Virus record (IMG/VR): IMGVR_UViG_3300034190_001361
Coordinates: 1 to 33,828 of that record
Length of the DNA: 33,828 nucleotides
Source of the DNA: a virus
Taxonomy: Duplodnaviria; Caudoviricetes
Reading direction: 5' to 3' (one strand)
Shown: in pieces, positions 7,542 through 16,033 of the stretch
How the letters are laid out: each line of letters starts with the position of its first letter
Numbering within the stretch: position 1 is the first letter of the stretch
Notes under the pieces: generated by a model
What the model saw: the letters and a program-made list of their open reading frames with translations, nothing else
What the model was told of the DNA's origin: nothing
The model's database searches: none
Translations under genes and position numbers: made by a program

Positions 7542-9250
7542 TATTCGATATTGAAACGGACAACTTACTAGACGACTGTACTAAGGTTCACTGTATGGTG
7601 ACCAACAACATAGCGACTGGTATAGTTACTTCATACATAGGCCACAAGGAAGTGCGCTTAGGTCTAGCTGCCCTCGATGAGGCTGGTGTAATAGGCGGTC
7701 ACAACGTACAGGCATTTGACTTACCTGTCTTAAAGAAGCTATTCGATTATGACTATCACGGTGTTGTGTTTGATACGCTTGTTGCATCCCGCTTGGTCTG
7801 GCCCCATCTTAAAGAAAAGGATATGATGAAGCGTACAGTTGAGAATAGAATGATTGGTTCTCACTCCCTTAAGGCATGGGGACAACGCCTCGGTGACAAC
7901 AAAGGTGACTACGGTGAAGCAGAAGATGCTTGGGACGTGTTCTCTGAAGAAATGCTTACATATTGTATTCAAGACGTTGCCCTTAACGTTAAGTTATATA
8001 AATTAATTCAGTCTAAAAATTATCCGAAAGAACCTATGGATCTTGAACACGACATGAACAGGATGCTGCTACAACAGGAGCAGGTAGGGTTTCCTTTTGA
8101 TGTCGAGTCAGCGCAGCGTTTATACACAACACTCGCTGCCCGGAAGCAAGAGATCGAGCAAGAGTTAGTCGATACCATGGAGCCAACGATTGTTGAGCTT
8201 AAGACAAAAACAAAAGTAATACCTTTTAACCCAGCGTCCCGACAACAGATAGCCGACAGGCTTATGAAGATGGGATGGAAACCCGAAGAGCATACACCAT
8301 CAGGTGAGCCGAAGGTTGACGAAAAGATTCTCGCAAATATTCAACTGCCTGAAGCGAAACTGTTAACCGAGTTCCTGATGTTGAACAAACGATTAGGACA
8401 ATTAGGAAATGGAAAGCAAGCTTGGCTCAAGTTGCAAAAAGATGGGCGTATACACGGACGGGTTAATCATATGGGTGCTGTTACTTCTCGTTGTACCCAC
8501 AGCAACCCTAACGTCGCTCAAGTACCATCTGGAGGTGCCGCCTTTGGGAAGGAGTGCCGCTCATTATTCTACGCACCGGAGGGCTTTGCCTTATTGGGTG
8601 CCGACGCTAGTGGTTTAGAGCTTCGATGCCTTGCACATTATATGTCACGATTTGACGGAGGAAAGTATGGACGAGAAATTCTTGAAGGAGACATACACAC
8701 AGCTAATCAGTTGGCCGCAGGACTTGCAACACGTCCTCAAGCAAAGACTTTTATTTACGGATTCTTATATGGTGCGGGAAATGGCAAGATCGGAGAGATC
8801 ATTGGCAAAGGCGCAAAAGAAGGTGGACAGATTAAGAAGAGATTCTTGGCAAAGACCCCGGCGCTTAAGAAACTTACGGAAGCGTTAAACACTCGCCTTG
8901 AGATGCAAACAGGTGAGAAGTTTATTAAAGGACTTGATGGTAGGTTGATACCTATTCGCCATGCCCACGCCGCACTAAACACACTACTTCAATCAGCCGG
9001 AGCGATCATCTGTAAACGATGGTACGTTGAGGTTGAGAATATGATAAGAGCTAAAGGCTACACTACCGAAGAAGTTTCGATAGTGGCGTTTGTTCACGAT
9101 GAAGTACAAATTATAGTCAAAGAAGGTCTGGAGGATGCAATAGGTGCAATCACTAAAGAAGCAATTAAAGCCACAGAAAGGAAGTATGGATTCAAATGTC
9201 CTCTCGACTCGGAGTTCGACATCGGACGCAGTTGGGCGGACACTCACTGA
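7535..9250 (+). CDS. Family A DNA polymerase (T7 gp5-like) with 3'-5' exonuclease, lacking a thioredoxin-binding insert
   Basis: 'FDIET', 'GHNVQAFD', 'YCIQDV'; motif A 'DASGLELR'; motif B 'RPQAKTFIYGFLYG'; motif C 'VHDEVQ'; only 571 aa. Confidence 0.97.
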   Translation: MLIFDIETDNLLDDCTKVHCMVTNNIATGIVTSYIGHKEVRLGLAALDEAGVIGGHNVQAFDLPVLKKLFDYDYHGVVFDTLVASRLVWPHLKEKDMMKRTVENRMIGSHSLKAWGQRLGDNKGDYGEAEDAWDVFSEEMLTYCIQDVALNVKLYKLIQSKNYPKEPMDLEHDMNRMLLQQEQVGFPFDVESAQRLYTTLAARKQEIEQELVDTMEPTIVELKTKTKVIPFNPASRQQIADRLMKMGWKPEEHTPSGEPKVDEKILANIQLPEAKLLTEFLMLNKRLGQLGNGKQAWLKLQKDGRIHGRVNHMGAVTSRCTHSNPNVAQVPSGGAAFGKECRSLFYAPEGFALLGADASGLELRCLAHYMSRFDGGKYGREILEGDIHTANQLAAGLATRPQAKTFIYGFLYGAGNGKIGEIIGKGAKEGGQIKKRFLAKTPALKKLTEALNTRLEMQTGEKFIKGLDGRLIPIRHAHAALNTLLQSAGAIICKRWYVEVENMIRAKGYTTEEVSIVAFVHDEVQIIVKEGLEDAIGAITKEAIKATERKYGFKCPLDSEFDIGRSWADTH

Positions 9251-9521
9251 TCCTAGTCGCATAGGTGACCTTGCAGAACTCTACGCTATTACATGGTTGT
9301 GGGATGAAGGCTTTGAGGTTTTCTATAACGCTGGAGCAACAGGGGCAATCGACGTGATCGGTATCAAAGACGGCGAGGTTTACCTTTTTGATGTGAAGAC
9401 GAAAGGTAAGAACACGCATATGCCATCACGGACACCAAAACAAAAAGCACTAGGGGTTCAGTTCTTAGAATTTGACCCCATTAAGCGGAAGCTTCGGTGC
9501 GTTAAACACAGGAAATTCTAA
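9144..9521 (+). CDS. PD-(D/E)XK nuclease (Hjc-like / endonuclease), start uncertain
   Basis: 'GDLAE...L..EGFEVF...IDVI...FDVKT' = E...D...(D/E)xK pattern; GTG 9144 has GGAGG SD at 9130-9134 but overlaps pol by 107 nt. Confidence 0.75.
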   Translation: MQSLKKQLKPQKGSMDSNVLSTRSSTSDAVGRTLTDPSRIGDLAELYAITWLWDEGFEVFYNAGATGAIDVIGIKDGEVYLFDVKTKGKNTHMPSRTPKQKALGVQFLEFDPIKRKLRCVKHRKF

Positions 9522-9685
9522 TGGAAATTAATTGGTTAAGTATTTTATGTATCGGTAGTTTCGCTTTTGTCAGTGTTGCCCTTGGTATCAAATGGTTAGG
9601 TGAGATTATCATTGAATACAGATTAGCAAAGAGCGGAATAATGATCAGTAAAATATTACAGGAGGAGCTAGACGATGAAGAATAG
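9521..9685 (+). CDS. 54-aa single-pass membrane protein, not in ORF track
   Basis: MEINWLSILCIGSFAFVSVALGIKWLGEIIIEYRLAKSGIMISKILQEELDDEE; TAATG coupling to upstream gene; fills the gap to the exonuclease. Confidence 0.7.
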   Translation: MEINWLSILCIGSFAFVSVALGIKWLGEIIIEYRLAKSGIMISKILQEELDDEE

Positions 9686-10397
9686 AACACTATTAGTAGA
9701 CGGCGACATCGTAGCATACAAAGCTGCTGTCGTTGCAGAGACTCCAATTAATTGGGGCGACGGCTTCTGGTCACTCCACGCTTTTGAAACTGAAGTCATC
9801 GCACATATGGCTGTTTTCATGCACGACATTATTGAACAGTCAGGTTGTGATGCAGTTATTACCTGCCTCTCTGGTGACAACCTATATCGTAAGGACGTAG
9901 CTCCCTACTATAAAGCTAACCGAAAAGGTACACGCAAGCCGATGCTCTTAAATTTTGCTAAAAAATATTTAGCAGATAATTACAACGGCAGAGTTGAGGA
10001 CAAGCTAGAAGCAGATGACCTACTCGGTGTCCTTGGTAGTGCGGATAAGAACACAGTGATCTGGTCAATAGATAAAGACTTGCTTACTGTGCCAGCGTAC
10101 CACCTGATCGAGGGTAAGATTGTTGAGGTAGATGAGGAAGAAGCTGACTACAACTTCCTGTACCAAACACTCGTCGGCGACTCCGTAGATAACTACAAAG
10201 GTTGTCCGTCGGTAGGTGCAAAGACAGCAGATAAATTATTATTAGACAAAGGCGCAACATGGCAAACAGTTGTTGAGGCGTTTGAGTCAAAAGGACTAGG
10301 CGAAGAAGTCGCCATCGAGAATGCACGACTAGCACGTATCTTACGTGATGGTGAATATAACTTTAAAACAAAAGAGGTAAAATTATGGACGGTCTAA
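9675..10397 (+). CDS. 5'-3' exonuclease (T7 gp6-like)
   Basis: 'LLVDGD', 'YKANRK', 'LEADDLLG', 'DKDL', 'GDSVDNYKGCPSVG', 'ARLARILR'. Confidence 0.95.
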   Translation: MKNRTLLVDGDIVAYKAAVVAETPINWGDGFWSLHAFETEVIAHMAVFMHDIIEQSGCDAVITCLSGDNLYRKDVAPYYKANRKGTRKPMLLNFAKKYLADNYNGRVEDKLEADDLLGVLGSADKNTVIWSIDKDLLTVPAYHLIEGKIVEVDEEEADYNFLYQTLVGDSVDNYKGCPSVGAKTADKLLLDKGATWQTVVEAFESKGLGEEVAIENARLARILRDGEYNFKTKEVKLWTV

Positions 10398-10729
10398 AAG
10401 GAGAGGTTAAGAAAAGCCTTAACGATGTTACGCCAGAACAGTGGGATGCTTTGCGAGTGAAGTATGCCAGAGCAGCGGAGCAGGAGAAGATGGAGCTGGC
10501 AAATGACGAGTGGGTTGATGACCCGGTGGAGCGCCCTGTCCATTACAACACAGGTTCTGTAGAATGTATCGAAGCTATTAAGGCTAGTATGTCTGACACA
10601 GAGTTCAAGGGCTACCTTAAGGGTAACGCAATGAAGTACCTCTGGCGCTACGACTACAAGGGTAAGCCTGTAGAGGACTTAAAGAAAGCACAGTGGTACT
10701 TAGCACGACTAACGGAGGAGGTAGCATGA
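10385..10729 (+). CDS. DUF3310 family protein (T7 gp1.7-like, possible nucleotide kinase)
   Basis: 'DPVERPVHYNTGSVECIEAI...GYLKGNAMKYLWRYDYKG..EDLKKAQWYL'. Confidence 0.88.
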   Translation: MDGLKGEVKKSLNDVTPEQWDALRVKYARAAEQEKMELANDEWVDDPVERPVHYNTGSVECIEAIKASMSDTEFKGYLKGNAMKYLWRYDYKGKPVEDLKKAQWYLARLTEEVA

Positions 10730-11082
10730 CAGACCCATACTCAGAAGAGATGATCTCAATGTTTGAAGGCTTTGATTGGTATCAGGAGAAATGCAACGAC
10801 ACGGCAATCTTCCCTGAAGACAAAGCTGAAGAATATCTTGCAATGGGTTTATGCTCAGAAGCTGGTGAGGTAGCAGGAAAAGTTAAGAAAAAAATTAGGG
10901 ACGGCGAGCAGCCCGGTTACAAAGAAGCCTTAGCCGCAGAGCTGGGCGATGTCTTTTGGTACTTGGCTGTCTTGACAGATCGTGCCGGGCTAAGCTTGGG
11001 CGACCTTGCTTACCAAAACTTAAACAAATTATATAAACGAAAAATTAGAAACACCTTACAAGGTTCAGGGGATAATAGATAA
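10726..11082 (+). CDS. mazG: MazG-like nucleotide pyrophosphohydrolase
   Basis: 'GLCSEAGEVAGKVKK', 'ELGDVFWY', 'GSGDNR'; start moved to ATG 10726 (GGAGGAGG SD, ATGA overlap). Confidence 0.88.
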   Translation: MTDPYSEEMISMFEGFDWYQEKCNDTAIFPEDKAEEYLAMGLCSEAGEVAGKVKKKIRDGEQPGYKEALAAELGDVFWYLAVLTDRAGLSLGDLAYQNLNKLYKRKIRNTLQGSGDNR

Positions 11083-12965
11083 TGGATTCATATCAGCAGT
11101 ACATACACAAGTCACGCTACGCTCGCTGGCGCGAAGAGGACAACCGACGTGAGACGTGGAAGGAAACAGTTTCCCGGTACATAGATTTTTGGATTAAGCG
11201 TGATCAGCTAGAACCTCAACTAGCCAACGAACTATACCACGCAATCCACGACCTAGAAGTTATGCCTAGTATGCGTTGCTTAATGACGGCAGGCGAGGCA
11301 CTTGATCGTGACAACATGGCAGGCTTCAACTGCTCGTATGTTGCTGTAGATAACCAACGGGTCTTTGATGAAATCTTATACGTACTAATGTGTGGCACAG
11401 GCGTAGGCTTCTCAGTCGAACGTCAATCAGTAAACAAACTACCAACCATCGCCGAGGAATTTCATGAAACAGAAACTACAATCCATGTACAAGACAGTAA
11501 AATTGGCTGGGCTAAAGCTTTCCGTGAGCTGGTCTCTCTTCTATATTCGGGTCAGGTTCCTTCGTGGGACGTTAGTAAACTACGTGCAAAGGGCGAACGT
11601 CTCAAAACCTTTGGCGGGCGATCTAGTGGATCTGACCCTCTTGTTGCCTTGTTTAATTTTACCGTTGCTACTTTTAAGAGGTCTGCTGGACGCAAGCTCA
11701 CCAGTTTAGAATGCCATGACATTGTTTGTAAAATTGCTGAAATTGTGGTTGTTGGGGGCGTGCGTCGCTCTGCTCTTATTTCCCTTTCTAATCTGTCTGA
11801 CGATCGTATGCGTCATGCAAAATCTGGGAATTGGTGGGAGTCAGACACCCAGCGTGCTCTCGCAAACAATAGCGCCGTCTATAATGAGAAGCCGGATTAT
11901 GAAACATTCCTCGAAGAATGGATAGCAATGTACAAGTCAAAGGCGGGTGAGCGTGGTATCTTCTCCCGGACTGCTGCAAAGAAACAAGCAGCAAAGAATG
12001 GACGACGTGACATCGACCACGATTTTGGTACGAACCCTTGCTCTGAGATTATCCTACGCTCGGCTCAGGTTTGTAATTTATCGGAAGTCGTTGTTAGGGC
12101 TACGGATACACCCCAAAAATTAAAACGAAAAATTGAATTGGCTGCTATCTTAGGGACGCTTCAGTCATCTCTGACAGACTTCCGCTACGTGCGAAGCATC
12201 TGGACGAAGAACACTAAGGAAGAATGTCTGCTTGGTGTGAGCATGACCGGGATCATGGATAACACAATCCTATCGGGTAAAGAGTATAGCACTGAAGACT
12301 TAGGTAAGTTACTTGAGAATCTTAAGCAGGTTGCAGTAGATGCTAACAAAGAGTATGCCGCCCTGTTAGGAATTAACCAATCCACGGCTGTTACCGCCGT
12401 AAAACCAAGCGGTACTGTTTCTCAGTTGGTCGATAGCGCCTCTGGCATTCACGCACGCTTCTCTCCGTATTACATTAGACGAGTACGTAGTGATGGCAAA
12501 GATCCTATTAGTGAGTTCTTGAAAGCTGAGGGGATCCCTTGGGAGAAAGATGTGATGAATGAGGATAACTATGTATTCAGTTTCCCTATGAAAGCACCTG
12601 AAGGAGCCATTAGTGTTGATGATTTAAATGTAAAGACACAGTTAGATTTATGGGAAATTTACCAGAACCATTGGTGTGAACATAAACCTAGTGTAACCAT
12701 CTACTACTCAGACGATGAGTTCTTGGCAGCAGGGCAGTGGTTATGGGATCGTTTAGATTCCTGTTCCGGCATCAGCTTCCTACCCCGTACCGATCACGTC
12801 TATCAACAAGCACCTTACGAAGCTATCACGGAAGCGCAATACAAAGCTCTGTCACTAGAGCTGCCTTCTGAAATTGATTGGGATCGCTTAGGTGATTTTG
12901 AGAAACACGACACAACAACAGGAACTCAGGAATTGGCTTGCGTCGCAGGTCAGTGTGAGATTTAA
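11082..12965 (+). CDS. nrdJ: Class II (adenosylcobalamin-dependent) ribonucleotide reductase
   Basis: 'MPSMR', 'FNCSY', 'GGVRRSALI', 'NPCSEI', 'CNLSE', 'VKPSGT', C-terminal CxxxxC; no beta subunit gene nearby. Confidence 0.92.
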   Translation: MDSYQQYIHKSRYARWREEDNRRETWKETVSRYIDFWIKRDQLEPQLANELYHAIHDLEVMPSMRCLMTAGEALDRDNMAGFNCSYVAVDNQRVFDEILYVLMCGTGVGFSVERQSVNKLPTIAEEFHETETTIHVQDSKIGWAKAFRELVSLLYSGQVPSWDVSKLRAKGERLKTFGGRSSGSDPLVALFNFTVATFKRSAGRKLTSLECHDIVCKIAEIVVVGGVRRSALISLSNLSDDRMRHAKSGNWWESDTQRALANNSAVYNEKPDYETFLEEWIAMYKSKAGERGIFSRTAAKKQAAKNGRRDIDHDFGTNPCSEIILRSAQVCNLSEVVVRATDTPQKLKRKIELAAILGTLQSSLTDFRYVRSIWTKNTKEECLLGVSMTGIMDNTILSGKEYSTEDLGKLLENLKQVAVDANKEYAALLGINQSTAVTAVKPSGTVSQLVDSASGIHARFSPYYIRRVRSDGKDPISEFLKAEGIPWEKDVMNEDNYVFSFPMKAPEGAISVDDLNVKTQLDLWEIYQNHWCEHKPSVTIYYSDDEFLAAGQWLWDRLDSCSGISFLPRTDHVYQQAPYEAITEAQYKALSLELPSEIDWDRLGDFEKHDTTTGTQELACVAGQCEI

Positions 12966-13050
12966 CAAAGCGGTAACGATACTGGAGGTGGTCACCTGCC
13001 TCCATATCATCGCTAATGTCTGGCTCCATTTTCCAAAGGTTCCCCTATAG
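12955..13050 (+). CDS. Possible 31-aa hydrophobic micro-protein (MRFNKAVTILEVVTCLHIIANVWLHFPKVPL)
   Basis: GTG start overlapping nrdJ end, weak AGGT SD; open across whole intergenic gap; stop is the TAG of the promoter 18-mer. Confidence 0.4.
   Translation: MRFNKAVTILEVVTCLHIIANVWLHFPKVPL
12969..13014 (+). other. Long imperfect hairpin without U-tract at the end of the replication module
   Basis: TGGAGGTGG/CTGCCTCCA stem with TCAC loop, extended by GATA/TATC and AGCGGT/ATCGCT. Confidence 0.55.
13033..13050 (+). promoter_or_regulatory. Putative phage RNAP promoter (structural module)
   Basis: Exact second copy of CCAAAGGTTCCCCTATAG immediately before the first late gene. Confidence 0.85.
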
Positions 13051-13059
13051 AGAGTACAA

Positions 13060-13248
13060 ATGAATCATATTATAGTATCACCACACCTTATAAACTACTT
13101 AAAGAAGTTATTCCCAGACGTACTACCGTCTCCAAAGGGTTTAACAACCAACGAATTAGCTTTGGAGGTTAACTTCCTCCAAGGACAACAAACCGTCATC
13201 GCCAAGCTCGAACAAATGCTGGAGGATGACCAACCAGATGAGATTTAA
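13060..13248 (+). CDS. Small hypothetical protein heading the late operon
   Basis: 62 aa, 'YLKKLFPD..P...QGQQTVI..L' pattern; position before gp6.7-like gene and portal. Confidence 0.8.
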   Translation: MNHIIVSPHLINYLKKLFPDVLPSPKGLTTNELALEVNFLQGQQTVIAKLEQMLEDDQPDEI

Positions 13249-13250
13249 TT

Positions 13251-13466
13251 ATGTGTATGTCAGCCCCCAAACCACCACCACCTAAGCCTACCATTGCACC
13301 ACCACCCCCACCCGAAGCCGCTCCTTCTGAACTAGGCAACGCTGTTGATTCAACGGCTACTTCCCTAAAGAAAAAGAAGCAAGGCGCTAAAGGACAACTT
13401 GGTCGTGCTAAGACCGGCGCTCAGGTTGCCGGGACATCTACCTCTGGCCTCAAGATAGGGGCTTAA
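13251..13466 (+). CDS. Small virion/ejection protein (T7 gp6.7-like)
   Basis: Met-Cys start 'MCMSAPK', Pro-rich then basic, upstream of portal. Confidence 0.75.
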   Translation: MCMSAPKPPPPKPTIAPPPPPEAAPSELGNAVDSTATSLKKKKQGAKGQLGRAKTGAQVAGTSTSGLKIGA

Positions 13467-13468
13467 TT

Positions 13469-13636
13469 ATGTGTAATGCTTTATCAGGTGGACTTAGTGG
13501 TAACACAAAAGTTCGCACAACATTAGCTAAAAAAGGTTTATTAGGCCCGGCTGGTGAAATGATTGAAGACAAGAATCATAAAGATAAAAATGCTAATCAG
13601 CCTAAACCAAACGATAAACTAAAGATTAAATATTAA
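13469..13636 (+). CDS. 55-aa Met-Cys-start basic protein (gp6.7/7.3-position), not in ORF track
   Basis: MCNALSGGLSGNTKVRTTLAKKGLLGPAGEMIEDKNHKDKNANQPKPNDKLKIKY; exactly fills gap to portal. Confidence 0.7.
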   Translation: MCNALSGGLSGNTKVRTTLAKKGLLGPAGEMIEDKNHKDKNANQPKPNDKLKIKY

Positions 13637-13639
13637 AGG

Positions 13640-15214
13640 ATGAGCAATATGCACGATCAATCTATAGCCAAGACTTATGAAGCTATGACTTCAGATCGTG
13701 ATGCCTTCCTTCATCGAGCAAGAGCTTGCGCTGAGTTAACTATACCAACCCTTATGCCTCCTGAAGGTCATACAGGTTCTACTCAGTTCAACACCCCCTT
13801 CCAATCAGTAGGCGCTAGAGGCGTTAACAACCTCGCTTCTAAACTACTGGTTACACTCCTCCCTCCGAATACTCCCTTTTTCCGCCTGACGATTGATGAT
13901 TTCGACTTAGTGGAATTAGGGGGTGATGCTAGAGGAAAGGCAGAAGAGGCTCTAGCTCGTATTGAGAGAAGCGCAACACAGATAGTGGAATCCAAAGCTA
14001 TTCGAGTGCCTACGTTTGAAGCTTTAAAACAGCTAATCACGGCTGGCAATGCTTTAGTATATATGCCTCCTAAAGAAGGTATGAAAGTATTTAGACTTGA
14101 TCGTTACGTTGTCCAACGTGACACCATGGGTAATATGCTTAAGGTAATTGTGAAAGAAACAATTGCTTATGATGCCCTTCCCCCAGAGGTTCAGCAAGCT
14201 CTATTAGAGAACCCTGATTATCAAGCAGACACTAACAAAAAAGAATGCGATCTTTATACTTGCATCCGACGTGTCGGTAAGAAGTTTGAAGTACACCAAG
14301 AAGTTAAGAGTATTCCTATACCCGGCTCTGAAGGTTCTTACGCTGAAGACAAACTACCTTGGCTGGCCCTACGCTTTATAGCAGTAGATGGTGAGGACTA
14401 CGGTAGAGGTTTTGTTGAAGAATACGCAGGTGATCTTAAGTCACTTGAGGCTTTAACAAGAGCTATTGTCGAAGGCAGCGCCGCTAGTGCGAAGCTTCTC
14501 TTCATGGTACGACCTAACGGTACAACAAAGATTCGTAACATTGCAGACTCACCTAACGGTGGTATCATCTCTGGTGATGCGAACGACGTGACGACGCTGC
14601 AAGCTAATAAGTTTAACGACTTTAGAGTTGCACAAGAAACAATGAACACCATCACTGAACGTATGTCTTATGCCTTCTTACTCAACAGCTCCGTCCAACG
14701 GAATGCTGAACGAGTTACAGCAGAAGAAGTACGCTTCATGGCGCAAGAGTTAGAAACTGCTCTTGGCGGAATTTATTCCGTCCTATCCCAAGAGTTCCAG
14801 CTTCCACTCGTCAACCTCCTTCTCGGTAAAATGCAGAAGGAAGGTAAAATGCCAAAATTCCCTAAAGATACTTTAAAACCTCAAATCGTCACCGGCTTAG
14901 AAGCATTAGGCCGTGGTCAAGATCTCAACAAGCTCTCTTCATTCTTACAAATGTTGCAGCCGTTGGGGCCAGAAGTTATTCAAAGTGAACTCAACATTAG
15001 TGATTACCTCGCTCGCGTTGGTGCTTCTCTTGGTATTGACACTCAAGGTCTTGTTAAGACTGACGAGCAAAAGCAACAAGAAGCTCAACAGCAACAAGAG
15101 ATGATGCAACAACAACAGATGATGCAAATGGCTCAAGCCGCCGTACCTAACGCTATGAAAGCTGCTGGTGATATGGGGCAAGAGGGTGCCGCTCAGTTAG
15201 CTGAGGAGGAATAA
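13640..15214 (+). CDS. Portal / head-tail connector (T7 gp8-like)
   Basis: 'QSVGARGVNNLASKL', 'GEDYGRGFVEEY', 'ERVTAEEVR', 'TGLEALGRGQDL'. Confidence 0.97.
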   Translation: MSNMHDQSIAKTYEAMTSDRDAFLHRARACAELTIPTLMPPEGHTGSTQFNTPFQSVGARGVNNLASKLLVTLLPPNTPFFRLTIDDFDLVELGGDARGKAEEALARIERSATQIVESKAIRVPTFEALKQLITAGNALVYMPPKEGMKVFRLDRYVVQRDTMGNMLKVIVKETIAYDALPPEVQQALLENPDYQADTNKKECDLYTCIRRVGKKFEVHQEVKSIPIPGSEGSYAEDKLPWLALRFIAVDGEDYGRGFVEEYAGDLKSLEALTRAIVEGSAASAKLLFMVRPNGTTKIRNIADSPNGGIISGDANDVTTLQANKFNDFRVAQETMNTITERMSYAFLLNSSVQRNAERVTAEEVRFMAQELETALGGIYSVLSQEFQLPLVNLLLGKMQKEGKMPKFPKDTLKPQIVTGLEALGRGQDLNKLSSFLQMLQPLGPEVIQSELNISDYLARVGASLGIDTQGLVKTDEQKQQEAQQQQEMMQQQQMMQMAQAAVPNAMKAAGDMGQEGAAQLAEEE

Positions 15215-15215
15215 G

Positions 15216-15884
15216 ATGTTCGACTTTATTGACGACACTTTAAGCACACTTAATTCTTATTTATCGAGCAAGGAAGCTCCAGCCTCAGCTCCTAATCCCC
15301 ATCAAGATTTTAACAACGTAGACTTTGAATGGATTAAAGGACAAGAAGGTTATAAGTTAAAAGGTTATGTTCCTACAGATAAAGAGGGCAATGTAATAGG
15401 ACACTCAGGTGTTACTGTTGCCTCTGGTTTTGATTTAGGAAGTCGAAGCAAGCAGTCGCTTGAAGCGTCGGGTCTCCCGGATGCACTCGTTGCCAAGCTA
15501 ACAGCCTTTGCTGGTTTGCGAGGTGAAGCCGCTAAGAAAGCTGCTGAAAATCTCAACATCACTGATGAAGAAGGATTAGCGATTAACAAGTATGCCAAAC
15601 GTGACTCACTAACGCAGTTGGACAAGGCATGGATGAAGGCCACAGGGCAGAGCTTTAAAAGTTTACCAAAACATAAAGCTACCCCTATTGCTGATCTAGC
15701 TTTTAATCATGGAGTTAAGAAGGTTACTAGTTATAATTTTTGGAACCAAGTTACTAACGATGATTGGGAAGGTGCTGAAGCTAACTTAAGGGACTTTAAA
15801 GAGAAAGACCCTTTGTTGCAACCACGTAGGACACGGGCTGCTGATTATTTTGATTATTATAATAGAATAAAAGGTGAAACATGA
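15216..15884 (+). CDS. Pesticin C-terminal-like muramidase (lysozyme fold)
   Basis: 'VDFEWIKGQEG...GYVP...SGVTVASGFDLG' and late 'RRTRAADY' match the pesticin-type lysozyme pattern. Confidence 0.75.
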   Translation: MFDFIDDTLSTLNSYLSSKEAPASAPNPHQDFNNVDFEWIKGQEGYKLKGYVPTDKEGNVIGHSGVTVASGFDLGSRSKQSLEASGLPDALVAKLTAFAGLRGEAAKKAAENLNITDEEGLAINKYAKRDSLTQLDKAWMKATGQSFKSLPKHKATPIADLAFNHGVKKVTSYNFWNQVTNDDWEGAEANLRDFKEKDPLLQPRRTRAADYFDYYNRIKGET

Positions 15885-16015
15885 AACTAAAACGTATTAT
15901 TAATAAGTACGGATTTTTTCAACACGTCCCCGACGTTCCTGAAGAAACCCCTGTTGTGGAAAAACCAGCAGTTAAGAAAGCTCCTGTCAAAAAGAAAGCA
16001 GCTAAAAAGAAATAA
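15881..16015 (+). CDS. 44-aa Lys/Ala/Pro-rich protein, not in ORF track
   Basis: MKLKRIINKYGFFQHVPDVPEETPVVEKPAVKKAPVKKKAAKKK; AAGGTG SD, ATGA overlap. Confidence 0.7.
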   Translation: MKLKRIINKYGFFQHVPDVPEETPVVEKPAVKKAPVKKKAAKKK

Positions 16016-16033
16016 AAACTAAAGAGACTATTT

